A DNA stretch of 64,000 nucleotides. It comes from Candidatus Marinacidobacterales bacterium (GTDB lineage Bacteria; Acidobacteriota; Vicinamibacteria; Marinacidobacterales; SMYC01). Within the stretch, counting starts at the first letter, position 1. The number at the start of each line of letters is the position of its first letter. The position numbers and the translations under genes were made by a program. The notes under the pieces are model-generated. The model saw only the letters and a program-made list of their open reading frames with translations, had not been told where the DNA came from and did not search any database. The DNA lies in assembly GCA_965224085.1 (NCBI GenBank), contig CBDCYI010000011.1, positions 1,216,001 through 1,280,000 on the forward strand, in the 5' to 3' direction. Positions 1 to 9,623 of this stretch are shown one piece after another.

Positions 1-1016
1 AGCGACTTCTGTCGAGGGTACGCGTACAGGTCACCCTTGCGGACACCCGTACGGATCTTGTGTGAGGGTAGGGCCAAAGGGCGACTACCCCGCTTGATCT
101 TGTATCCCAAGAACTCGAAGCCGTGTGCAACGTGAACGATACGAGTCTTCTCCACGTTCAAGGTTACACCCAACGTCGTAAGGATCATCCGGGCTTCGGC
201 CAGCACCTTCTGGGCCTCTGCCTTGGTGCAGCATGTCACGACCCAGTCGTCGGCATACCGCGTCAGGCGATAGCCACGATGGCGCATCTCCCGATCAAAC
301 GGAGTCAAAAGGACGTTACTTAAGATCGGTGAGACCACACCGCCTTGCGGTGCACCTTGCTCGGTCGGGAGCCGTCTCCCCTCCGCCATGCAGCCTGCTT
401 TGAGCATGCTGCGAATAAGACGAAGGACGCGACCATCCGACACTCGCTTGGCAACAAGAGCGAGGAGCTTCTCATGGTCCACAGTCCCAAAGAAATTGGA
501 AAGATCCGCATCCACGATCCACTCGTAACCCTCTTCGATCTCTTGCCAGATCTTGCGTAAAGCATCCTTTGTCGATCTTCCTCGTCGATATCCGAAGCTG
601 GCGGCATCGAACACCTGCTCGAAGATCGGTTCCAACCGGTTCTGCAGTGCCTGCTGACACACGCGGTCATAAACGGCCGGAATGCCGAGCGGGCGGAACT
701 TTCCCGGTTGTCCAGCCTTGGGAATGAGTTTCTGCCGAACAGGTAGTGGACGATAGGCATCGGTCTTGAGCTCCTCATGGAGTCGGTTGAGGTGCGCATC
801 AAGCTGCTCCTCAAACTCGTCCAGAGTTTGTCCATCGATGCCACCGGCACCCTTGTTCCGCTTCACTCGGTTCCAGGCCAGCTCCAAGTTCTTCCGCTTG
901 TATATCTTGTCCACCAGAGAGTGGACCTTCCTCTCACCCGTTGGGTTCAACCAGGCCGACAGTTTCCTCGGACGATCACTTCTGGGTCTTTCACTAAAGG
1001 AACTTATCCGCGTCAT
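1..1016 (-). CDS. ltrA: Group II intron reverse transcriptase/maturase (inner intron, left copy; cut by the window edge)
   Basis: Mirror of 4501-5516; contains RPLGIP, PQGG and YADD. Confidence 0.9.
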   Translation of the reverse strand, partial: MTRISSFSERPRSDRPRKLSAWLNPTGERKVHSLVDKIYKRKNLELAWNRVKRNKGAGGIDGQTLDEFEEQLDAHLNRLHEELKTDAYRPLPVRQKLIPKAGQPGKFRPLGIPAVYDRVCQQALQNRLEPIFEQVFDAASFGYRRGRSTKDALRKIWQEIEEGYEWIVDADLSNFFGTVDHEKLLALVAKRVSDGRVLRLIRSMLKAGCMAEGRRLPTEQGAPQGGVVSPILSNVLLTPFDREMRHRGYRLTRYADDWVVTCCTKAEAQKVLAEARMILTTLGVTLNVEKTRIVHVAHGFEFLGYKIKRGSRPLALPSHKIRTGVRKGDLYAYPRQKS

Positions 1017-1639
1017 CGCCCTTACTCGTCTGTCATCCTTGTTGTCACCAACCACCTTTGCCAGCCCCCTTCCCCAGCCCACTCGGCTGCCGATCTCTCG
1101 ATCACACGACTTTCACCGCGCTTCAGGTACTATTGGGCTGTCCGACGACTCACCCGGCTTCACTTCCCATTTCGCTCTCGCTTATAGGGTCGCTTATCCC
1201 GACGCCACTCGGGAACCCAATGAGCCCTCCTGGGGTCACGTCCAGATCTTCCGTACCGTGCCGTCCGCAAACACCTTGATTCGGTGGGTGAATGAGAACG
1301 CCTTCGCCTCCATAGTGCAGGCTCGACCTTGCCCCACCTTTGGCCGACCGGTTCATCAACGGGGTCGCCCCCTCGATTACGGCCCGGTACTGCTCCGCAT
1401 ACCCTTCAGATTCCACCTCGCGGTGGACACCCTGTCCTCCAGTTGTCCAGTGGACAGAACCCGAACTTAGGTACATCCCCTTGGCAGTAGCCATCGTTTC
1501 CAACTTCGTGCCCGTTTAGGGTTCTCCTTATCCGCGTTCCCCGGCCAGCGAGGCGTTACCCCCGCTTTTGGATATGGCGCTCCTCATCCGAGCACCAGAG
1601 GGACTTCAACCTTCCTGATCTGGACGCTGCCCAGCACAC
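1..1639 (-). mobile_element. Inner group II intron, left copy (partial)
   Basis: Mirror of 3878-5516; GTGTG start at 1639 on the minus strand. Confidence 0.9.
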
Positions 1640-2035
1640 ACTATGAATCGGTCCGACTTCCGGCCTCAGCTCAGCACCGCGCTTCGGTTTTCCCTTGCGC
1701 GACGCCCCCATCGGTGACCATTCCGATGGACCCGGCCGGACCTCCTGGGTCCCGAAAGGAACTCTTCGTACGTGATGTGGTCCACGACCCCGGCGGAGCG
1801 TAACCATCTCGCGATAGCGATGGCCCACATGCTGCCTTCATTGACGGGAATCAACTCGGCCTTCCGCGATATTCAGCATTTCGAGGCTACATTCACACAC
1901 CCTGCACGACCCCTGTCTACGCTTCGGACCCCGCGTTGCCACGACGCCCGCAAGACTCGGTCCCGACCTGTCCGCTACGACTTTTGGTCGGATTGGACTT
2001 CCACCCATAGGCTCCTTTCAGTTAGCCCAGCGCAC

Positions 2036-3481
2036 TCCCGCCGGCTGTTGAATTTGGGGTAGCGGCGGCTCCTTGGCCGGCCTAAGAATAGGTCTGCCAA
2101 ACAACCGTCTCCAGAGGGGGACAAGGAGCCACCAATGCCTAGGAAATCAAAGAAGCCAGTAAGAAAGCAAACGCACTCGCCTACGGGCAAGGTAGTTGGC
2201 CAAGCCGGTCAGATACTGCTACCGATGATAGCTGGGATCGCGGCCACGAAGGCGGATCTGACGGAATGGGTGTACGAGCAAGGACTGACAGCTCTGCACC
2301 TACTGCTCAGAGAGGACGCCGAGGAGGTCGCGGGGCTCAAGGGCAAGCACGAGAAGGAGCGAACTCATAACCACTGGGGGAGCACGAACGGAGAGCTGAG
2401 CTTCGGTGGTCGTCGCATCCAAGTGTCGCGACCTCGAGTGCGTTCGAAGTCTGGTGAGGAGGCGTCGCTTCCACACTTCGAAGCCTTCCGCGAAGAAGAC
2501 CCGCTTCCAGAGCGAGTGTTGAATCAGATCTTGGTGGGGGTATCGACCCGAAATTACGAACGGAGTCTGGACAAACCCGCGGCCAAGTTGAAGTCTCGTG
2601 GCACGAGCAAGAGTGCCGCCAGCCGTCACCTCGTAAGCCAGACGACGAAGAAGCTCGAGCAATACCTGTCTCGGCGGCTAGAGGAGTACGAACTTGCGGC
2701 ACTGATGATGGATGGCCTTGAGGTGGCCGGCCAGACCGTCGTCGTAACTCTCGGTATCACAATAGATGGAACGAAGGTGCCCCTGGGTATATGGCTGGGC
2801 TCGACGGAAAACTCTCGGGTGTGCACCGCGATGTTGCAGGACCTTCTCGAGCGAGGCTTGCGCGTCGATGAGTCGATTCTCTGTGTAGTGGACGGAGGCA
2901 AAGGTATCCGCAAGGCACTCGTCGACGTGTTGGGGGATCTCGCGGTCATCCAAAGGTGCCAGATCCATAAACTCCGAAATCTTCGCTCGTACCTTCCCAA
3001 GTCTCGTCACGCCTACGTGCTCCAGACGATGAAGAAAGCCTACAAGTGCAAGAGTGCCGACAAGGCGCGCAAGCGACTTCAGGCATTGGTGTCGTGGCTC
3101 GAGCGAAACAGCCACGATGAAGCTGCCGGAAGCCTTCGCGAAGGGATGGAAGAGACGCTCACGGTCGTGAAGCTCGCTCTGCCCGAGTTACTTCGCCAGT
3201 CTCTTGCCACGACGAACGCCATTGAGAATCTCAACGGAACCATTCGAAGAGTATCGAGAAACGTCAAGCGTTGGAAGAGTCCTTCGATGGTTCGCCGATG
3301 GACCGCTCTCGGCGTCGTCACGGCGGAGAAGAAGTTCCGGCGTATCAAAGGCTATCGCCATATGGGCGCTCTCGTTCACGCGCTTAGAAGCAAACAGAAA
3401 TCTCTTGACAGCGATGAGTTTGCTGCCTAAGAGTATTCACAGGTGCCGCCGCTACCCGACCAAATTCAACAGCCGCCGGGA
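2036..3481 (+). mobile_element. IS256-family element core; both TIRs interrupted by introns, and the outer 7 nt of the right TIR (CATCCCC) are displaced to 7408-7414
   Basis: Imperfect inverted repeats 2036-2069 (tcccgccggctgttgaatttggggtagcggcggc) and 3445-3481 (gccgccgctacccgaccaaattcaacagccgccggga); removing the intron restores ...CGGGA|CATCCCC. Confidence 0.88.
2135..3430 (+). CDS. IS256-family (Mutator-type) DDE transposase
   Basis: 431 aa; GVSTR, MMDG, VVDG, QRCQIH (CxxH) and TTNAIENLN motifs. Confidence 0.95.
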   Translation: MPRKSKKPVRKQTHSPTGKVVGQAGQILLPMIAGIAATKADLTEWVYEQGLTALHLLLREDAEEVAGLKGKHEKERTHNHWGSTNGELSFGGRRIQVSRPRVRSKSGEEASLPHFEAFREEDPLPERVLNQILVGVSTRNYERSLDKPAAKLKSRGTSKSAASRHLVSQTTKKLEQYLSRRLEEYELAALMMDGLEVAGQTVVVTLGITIDGTKVPLGIWLGSTENSRVCTAMLQDLLERGLRVDESILCVVDGGKGIRKALVDVLGDLAVIQRCQIHKLRNLRSYLPKSRHAYVLQTMKKAYKCKSADKARKRLQALVSWLERNSHDEAAGSLREGMEETLTVVKLALPELLRQSLATTNAIENLNGTIRRVSRNVKRWKSPSMVRRWTALGVVTAEKKFRRIKGYRHMGALVHALRSKQKSLDSDEFAA

Positions 3482-3877
3482 GTGCGCTGGGCTAACTGAA
3501 AGGAGCCTATGGGTGGAAGTCCAATCCGACCAAAAGTCGTAGCGGACAGGTCGGGACCGAGTCTTGCGGGCGTCGTGGCAACGCGGGGTCCGAAGCGTAG
3601 ACAGGGGTCGTGCAGGGTGTGTGAATGTAGCCTCGAAATGCTGAATATCGCGGAAGGCCGAGTTGATTCCCGTCAATGAAGGCAGCATGTGGGCCATCGC
3701 TATCGCGAGATGGTTACGCTCCGCCGGGGTCGTGGACCACATCACGTACGAAGAGTTCCTTTCGGGACCCAGGAGGTCCGGCCGGGTCCATCGGAATGGT
3801 CACCGATGGGGGCGTCGCGCAAGGGAAAACCGAAGCGCGGTGCTGAGCTGAGGCCGGAAGTCGGACCGATTCATAGT

Positions 3878-5910
3878 GTGTGCTGGGCAGCGTCCAGATC
3901 AGGAAGGTTGAAGTCCCTCTGGTGCTCGGATGAGGAGCGCCATATCCAAAAGCGGGGGTAACGCCTCGCTGGCCGGGGAACGCGGATAAGGAGAACCCTA
4001 AACGGGCACGAAGTTGGAAACGATGGCTACTGCCAAGGGGATGTACCTAAGTTCGGGTTCTGTCCACTGGACAACTGGAGGACAGGGTGTCCACCGCGAG
4101 GTGGAATCTGAAGGGTATGCGGAGCAGTACCGGGCCGTAATCGAGGGGGCGACCCCGTTGATGAACCGGTCGGCCAAAGGTGGGGCAAGGTCGAGCCTGC
4201 ACTATGGAGGCGAAGGCGTTCTCATTCACCCACCGAATCAAGGTGTTTGCGGACGGCACGGTACGGAAGATCTGGACGTGACCCCAGGAGGGCTCATTGG
4301 GTTCCCGAGTGGCGTCGGGATAAGCGACCCTATAAGCGAGAGCGAAATGGGAAGTGAAGCCGGGTGAGTCGTCGGACAGCCCAATAGTACCTGAAGCGCG
4401 GTGAAAGTCGTGTGATCGAGAGATCGGCAGCCGAGTGGGCTGGGGAAGGGGGCTGGCAAAGGTGGTTGGTGACAACAAGGATGACAGACGAGTAAGGGCG
4501 ATGACGCGGATAAGTTCCTTTAGTGAAAGACCCAGAAGTGATCGTCCGAGGAAACTGTCGGCCTGGTTGAACCCAACGGGTGAGAGGAAGGTCCACTCTC
4601 TGGTGGACAAGATATACAAGCGGAAGAACTTGGAGCTGGCCTGGAACCGAGTGAAGCGGAACAAGGGTGCCGGTGGCATCGATGGACAAACTCTGGACGA
4701 GTTTGAGGAGCAGCTTGATGCGCACCTCAACCGACTCCATGAGGAGCTCAAGACCGATGCCTATCGTCCACTACCTGTTCGGCAGAAACTCATTCCCAAG
4801 GCTGGACAACCGGGAAAGTTCCGCCCGCTCGGCATTCCGGCCGTTTATGACCGCGTGTGTCAGCAGGCACTGCAGAACCGGTTGGAACCGATCTTCGAGC
4901 AGGTGTTCGATGCCGCCAGCTTCGGATATCGACGAGGAAGATCGACAAAGGATGCTTTACGCAAGATCTGGCAAGAGATCGAAGAGGGTTACGAGTGGAT
5001 CGTGGATGCGGATCTTTCCAATTTCTTTGGGACTGTGGACCATGAGAAGCTCCTCGCTCTTGTTGCCAAGCGAGTGTCGGATGGTCGCGTCCTTCGTCTT
5101 ATTCGCAGCATGCTCAAAGCAGGCTGCATGGCGGAGGGGAGACGGCTCCCGACCGAGCAAGGTGCACCGCAAGGCGGTGTGGTCTCACCGATCTTAAGTA
5201 ACGTCCTTTTGACTCCGTTTGATCGGGAGATGCGCCATCGTGGCTATCGCCTGACGCGGTATGCCGACGACTGGGTCGTGACATGCTGCACCAAGGCAGA
5301 GGCCCAGAAGGTGCTGGCCGAAGCCCGGATGATCCTTACGACGTTGGGTGTAACCTTGAACGTGGAGAAGACTCGTATCGTTCACGTTGCACACGGCTTC
5401 GAGTTCTTGGGATACAAGATCAAGCGGGGTAGTCGCCCTTTGGCCCTACCCTCACACAAGATCCGTACGGGTGTCCGCAAGGGTGACCTGTACGCGTACC
5501 CTCGACAGAAGTCGCTCCAGCACTTCAAGGATCAGATTCGGCGACGGACCTGTCGCAAAGCTCCTGTGAGTACGCAGCAGCTAATCGACGAGATCAACCC
5601 GGTTATTCGCGGTTGGGGTCTTTACTATCATAAAGCTCACGTCCGCAAGCTCTTCGCGCGTCTCGATCGTTGGATCCTGCGACGTATCTGGTCGCATCGG
5701 TTCAAACGCTGGCGCTGTCGGGGGTGGAAGCAGCTCCCGGAGCGTCAGCTCTACGATGAGATGGGCCTCGTACGCTTTGTCTTCCTGATTCCTTCCATCA
5801 AGCCGCGATGAATAATCCAACCTTTGTGAAAGCCGGATACGGGAAAACTGTATGTCCGGTTTGAGCGGCGGACGGGGGTCAGCGCTGCGGTGCGCCCCCT
5901 CCGACCCGAC
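3878..5910 (+). mobile_element. Inner group II intron nested in domain III of the outer intron
   Basis: GTGTG at 3878; domain V gaaagccggatacgggaaaactgtatgtccggtttgagcgg and end ccgacccgAC at 5910; its removal restores catagt|actgaggaag; EBS1 ACTATG (4201-4206) pairs with CATAGT. Confidence 0.92.
4501..5811 (+). CDS. ltrA: Group II intron RT/maturase (inner intron), no obvious HNH endonuclease
   Basis: GAGGIDG, RPLGIP, FGYRRGRS, DADLSNFF, PQGG, RYADD, FLGY and RGWGLYY maturase region; start codon uncertain (4435 or 4501). Confidence 0.95.
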   Translation: MTRISSFSERPRSDRPRKLSAWLNPTGERKVHSLVDKIYKRKNLELAWNRVKRNKGAGGIDGQTLDEFEEQLDAHLNRLHEELKTDAYRPLPVRQKLIPKAGQPGKFRPLGIPAVYDRVCQQALQNRLEPIFEQVFDAASFGYRRGRSTKDALRKIWQEIEEGYEWIVDADLSNFFGTVDHEKLLALVAKRVSDGRVLRLIRSMLKAGCMAEGRRLPTEQGAPQGGVVSPILSNVLLTPFDREMRHRGYRLTRYADDWVVTCCTKAEAQKVLAEARMILTTLGVTLNVEKTRIVHVAHGFEFLGYKIKRGSRPLALPSHKIRTGVRKGDLYAYPRQKSLQHFKDQIRRRTCRKAPVSTQQLIDEINPVIRGWGLYYHKAHVRKLFARLDRWILRRIWSHRFKRWRCRGWKQLPERQLYDEMGLVRFVFLIPSIKPR

Positions 5911-5937
5911 ACTGAGGAAGCTATCGAAGGCAACGAG

Positions 5938-7317
5938 ATGGTGGAGGGAAGGGATCGGCCTGGAGGGAACCCACGGGAGAGGGCTAAGGTCCGGACACAG
6001 CGCCGGGTCGCCTTACCGCCAAATCTCACGCGGGTGAACGAAGCAGCGAAGCGAGATAGAAAGGCTCGGTTCACTGCGTTGCTGCATCACGTGGATCACG
6101 AAGCGCTCTATCGAGCGTTTCGTCGGTTGAAGCGCAGCGCAAGCGCTGGTGTCGACGGAGAGACTGTCGCCGATTACGAGAAGAACTTCGTGAGCAACAT
6201 CAAGGATCTTTGCTCGCGGGTACACGCCGGTCGCTACCGACCACTACCGGTGCGGCGCGTGTACATTCCTAAGTCGGATGGCGGAAAGCGCCCTCTTGGC
6301 ATCCCCGCACTGGAAGACAAGATTGTCCAAGGAGCGGTAGCCGAGGTTTTGAGCGCCGTCTACGAAGTCGATTTCATCGGGTTCTCGTACGGGTTTCGGC
6401 CCGGACGGAGCCCGCACCAAGCGTTGCACGCGCTCCACACCGCGCTCATGACGCAACGCGTGAACTGGGTTCTCGACGCGGACATCCGCAAGTTCTTCGA
6501 CTCGGTGGACCACGAGTGGTTGATGCGGATGCTTTCGCACCGGGTCGCCGACAAACGCATCCTTCGACTCATCCGTCAGTGGTTGCGAGCCGGCGTACTG
6601 GAGAAAGGAGAGTGGAGCGAGACAACTGAAGGGACACCGCAAGGGGCAGGTGTGAGCCCGCTCTTGGCTAACGTCTTTCTGCACTACGTTCTAGATCTGT
6701 GGGTTCATCGATGGCGCCGGCTCGAAGCACAAGGCCGTATTTCCATCGTGCGATACGCTGACGACTTCGTCATGGGCTTCCAGCATCGGACCGATGCCAG
6801 CAGGATGATGAGAGCGCTCAAGGAGCGACTAGCCCGATTCGGGCTTGCGCTCCACGAGAACAAGACCCGTTTGCTCGAGTTCGGGAGATTACCTTCCTTG
6901 TCACGCGAGCAACGGGGCCTTCGGCGGTGTGCGACGTTCGCTTTCCTGGGTTTCACTCATTATTGTGGGAGAACCCGCGATGGCCGTTTCGTCGTGAAGC
7001 GCAAAACGCAGAGCCAGCGGCTACGAGCCAAACTCAAGTCGCTACGGCTTCGCGCGAAGCAACGTATGCATGCTCCAGTCGCCGTCCAGCATCGCTGGCT
7101 TTGCCAGGTGCTGCGCGGTCACTACGCGTACTACGGACTTCCCAGCAACATCCGCTCTCTCCAATCCTTTTCTGAGGAGGTGACACGGTTGTGGTTTCGA
7201 AGCCTTCGTCGGCGGAGTCAGCGCCGAATGACCTGGCCTCGTTTTCACTTGTTGTTGGAGCGCTTTCCCCTACCAGTCCCTCACCTCACTCCGTCCCGAC
7301 TACCTTGCCTTGTCTGA
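5938..7317 (+). CDS. ltrA: Group II intron RT/maturase (outer intron), no obvious HNH endonuclease
   Basis: RFTALLHHV, RPLGIP, YGFRPGRS, DADIRKFFD, PQGAG, RYADD, FLGFTH and GHYAYYG; the track start 5890 lies in the inner intron, so the true start is at or after 5938. Confidence 0.95.
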   Translation: MVEGRDRPGGNPRERAKVRTQRRVALPPNLTRVNEAAKRDRKARFTALLHHVDHEALYRAFRRLKRSASAGVDGETVADYEKNFVSNIKDLCSRVHAGRYRPLPVRRVYIPKSDGGKRPLGIPALEDKIVQGAVAEVLSAVYEVDFIGFSYGFRPGRSPHQALHALHTALMTQRVNWVLDADIRKFFDSVDHEWLMRMLSHRVADKRILRLIRQWLRAGVLEKGEWSETTEGTPQGAGVSPLLANVFLHYVLDLWVHRWRRLEAQGRISIVRYADDFVMGFQHRTDASRMMRALKERLARFGLALHENKTRLLEFGRLPSLSREQRGLRRCATFAFLGFTHYCGRTRDGRFVVKRKTQSQRLRAKLKSLRLRAKQRMHAPVAVQHRWLCQVLRGHYAYYGLPSNIRSLQSFSEEVTRLWFRSLRRRSQRRMTWPRFHLLLERFPLPVPHLTPSRLPCLV

Positions 7318-7414
7318 TTTCGGGTATACCTTCAGGAGGAGCCGAGTGCGGGAAAGCCGCACGCTCGGATCTGTGAGGGCGAAAGCCGAATGGCTGAGCT
7401 ACTCGACCATCCCC

Positions 7415-7821
7415 CTCACGGAAGCCGAGGCGGTGAACTTCCGCGAATACCTGTCGCGGGGTGGGTTCGCGATTTTCGATGACTTCGACGGCGAATGGGA
7501 TTGGCAGGTCTTCGAAGCGAACATGGCCGAGGTGCTCCCTGGCCGGCACTTCGAGCTCTTGGAAGAATCCGATCCCATCTACCAGAGTTTCTTCTCCATC
7601 GAGGATCTCGACGTCATCACGCACCCTATGGGTCACGCCTATCCGCCGATGTTTTTCGGCATCCGCGACGACGCCGGCCGCCTGCAGGTCGTGGCCAACT
7701 TCAACAACGACATCGGGGACTACTGGGAGTGGTCGGACCAGGGTTGTGGTACCCGATTGACTTGTCGAACGAAGGCTACAAGCTCGGGGTCAACTACGTG
7801 ATTTACGCACTCACGCATTAG
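7415..7821 (+). pseudogene. 3' half of a DUF4159-like gene disrupted by the IS256/twintron insertion
   Basis: REYLSRGGFAIFDDF...NNDIGDYWEWSD then (frameshift near 7745) SNEGYKLGVNYVIYALTH; begins right after the restored IS end. Confidence 0.75.
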
Positions 7822-7897
7822 CGGGGACCGAGACTCCTCGGTCGTGAACGCAGACGGAACCGACGTCACTCTTTTGACGTGTCACCCGGGCAGGGAT

Positions 7898-9046
7898 TCA
7901 TTCAGACGTTCTAGTCGGTGTCAGTCTCAGCATGCGCCCGGTGCTGTTGCCTTCGTCGTCCTCGAGGACCCAGATGGCGCCGTCCGGCCCATCGACGACG
8001 CTCCGAATCCGTGCACCCATGTCGTAGCGCTCGACCTCGCGGGCACCTTCGCCGTCCAGCTCGATACGCATGATCGCGCGGGACGAGAGCCCCGCGACGA
8101 ACGCATCACCGCGCCAGTCGGGGAACAGGTCGCCGCGATAAATCATCAAGTCGCCCGGCGAGATGACGGGTGTCCACCACACGGCCGGTTCCTCGAACTC
8201 CGGATGCGTGTCGTGGTCGGGTATCTCACGCCCGTCGTAATGGTCGCCGTTGCTGACGATCGGATAACCGTAATTCGCTGAACGCATGACGCGGTTCAGC
8301 TCGTCGCCGCCCCGCGGCCCCATTTCGATATCCCAGAGCTGACCGTCGAGACCGAATGCCAGCCCGAGCACATTGCGGTGGCCGAGCGACCAGATCTGCG
8401 GATAGACCCCTTCATCGTCGACGAGCGGATTCTCGTCGTAGTGGTCGACGAAGGGATTGTCGTCCGGAACCGAACCGTCATCGTGCAAGCGTAGGACCTT
8501 GCCCAAGTTCGCCTGCATGTCCTGGGCCGGTGTGAATTTCTGGCGGTCTCCAGACGCGATCCACAGGTAACCCTCGTCGTCGAACAACAGCCGGTGCCCG
8601 TAGTGGCCGTAACCGACGACCTTGGGATACTGGCGCCAGATGACCTCGAAGTCGGACAGTCTTCCGCCGCGCCTGGTCTCGGTCAGCACCGCTCGGGCGA
8701 CGGCTGCGCCCCGGCTATCGCCCACACCGGACTCGGCGTAGCTCAGGTAGATCACGTGGTTCTCGGCAAAATTCGGGTGCAGAGCGACGTCACCCAGGCC
8801 TCCTTGGCCGCCGTAAGCGACGTCCGGCATACCGCGGATGCCCCGGGACTTCTGGCCGTCCTGGGTGACGATGAACAAGTTGCCCTTCTTTTCCGTCACC
8901 AGCATGCGGCCGTCCGGTAGGAAGGCGAGGGCCCAGGGCTCGTCAAATGAGGTGATGGGCTCGATCTCGAAGGGCAGCTCCATTTGTGCTCGTGCCCCAG
9001 CCGTCATGAACATGCTCAACCCGATCACGGAGAGTCGTCTAAGCAT
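7898..9046 (-). CDS. PQQ-dependent soluble aldose sugar dehydrogenase (YliI/GSDH-like)
   Basis: Signal peptide; PWALAFLPDGRMLVTEK, GQGGLGDVALHP, SLGHRN, GPRGGDELN, NYGYP. Confidence 0.9.
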   Translation of the reverse strand: MLRRLSVIGLSMFMTAGARAQMELPFEIEPITSFDEPWALAFLPDGRMLVTEKKGNLFIVTQDGQKSRGIRGMPDVAYGGQGGLGDVALHPNFAENHVIYLSYAESGVGDSRGAAVARAVLTETRRGGRLSDFEVIWRQYPKVVGYGHYGHRLLFDDEGYLWIASGDRQKFTPAQDMQANLGKVLRLHDDGSVPDDNPFVDHYDENPLVDDEGVYPQIWSLGHRNVLGLAFGLDGQLWDIEMGPRGGDELNRVMRSANYGYPIVSNGDHYDGREIPDHDTHPEFEEPAVWWTPVISPGDLMIYRGDLFPDWRGDAFVAGLSSRAIMRIELDGEGAREVERYDMGARIRSVVDGPDGAIWVLEDDEGNSTGRMLRLTPTRTSE

Positions 9047-9623
9047 TTGGTCGCCTCGTTTGTTACGCGTTTTTTCGATCGATATGTCGTGTAGACAGAT
9101 TCATCACCGCGATGCGACGCCGGTGCCATATTCGTTCAGACCCTCCACTGTAACGAAAGACGCCAAGCCGCGCCAGCCGCTTTTCGCTCTCGCCGGATGG
9201 AGCTACGGGGAGCGTTCTTATATAGAGGATGGCAGTCTCCTTGGAAGGCGGCTGGCTTCCGCGATGGTCCTCGAACGGCTGGAGCTCCTCAAACAGGTGC
9301 GTGGGTCCCCGACGTGCACGGCGGGCGCTGCCCATCTTGTAGAGCAACGAGGTGGACCCCGGCGTTCGTACCGAGGGCGTGGCGCTCGAAGTAGAGGTGC
9401 CACCCGAGGAGGGTAGGACAATCCGCCGTAGTTGTGCTTATCGGTGGCGAGCCACGGGGTCCGGCACGCATCCCAGAGCAATGAGGAAGACGAAAAAGAT
9501 CAGCAGGGTAGAGGAGAGAGGCCGCGTCACTGAACGTTTAGAAACGCACCCCGTCACGTTCGATGTCACGGCCCAGGCGGTCATATTAAGAAGGATGAGA
9601 ACGGGGAGCCGACGGGAGAATTC

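Larger units (their letters stand above)
1..2035 (-). mobile_element. Group II twintron, left copy (outer intron 5' end at 2035; runs off the window start)
   Basis: Reverse complement of 3482-5516 (position x pairs with 5517-x); mirrored ORFs translate identically; GTGCG 5' end at 2035 on the minus strand, directly abutting the IS256 left TIR. Confidence 0.93.
3482..7407 (+). mobile_element. Outer group II intron (class E-like), interrupted by the inner intron
   Basis: GTGCG at 3482; domain V/VI gaggagccgagtgcgggaaagccgcacgctcggatctgtgagggc...actcgAC ends at 7407; EBS1 loop TTCCCG (3667-3672) is complementary to exon CGGGA. Confidence 0.92.

Noticed and set aside
1-5516. Inverted duplication as a simple fold-back read artefact
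   Set aside because: The symmetry ends exactly at intron 5' ends and the enclosed TIRs differ from each other, as expected for two real insertions; read-level confirmation is still advisable.
4435-7317. Tandem RT genes as a retron, DGR or defence RT system
   Set aside because: Both have maturase regions and lie inside complete group II ribozyme structures with GUGYG starts, domain V/VI and AC ends.
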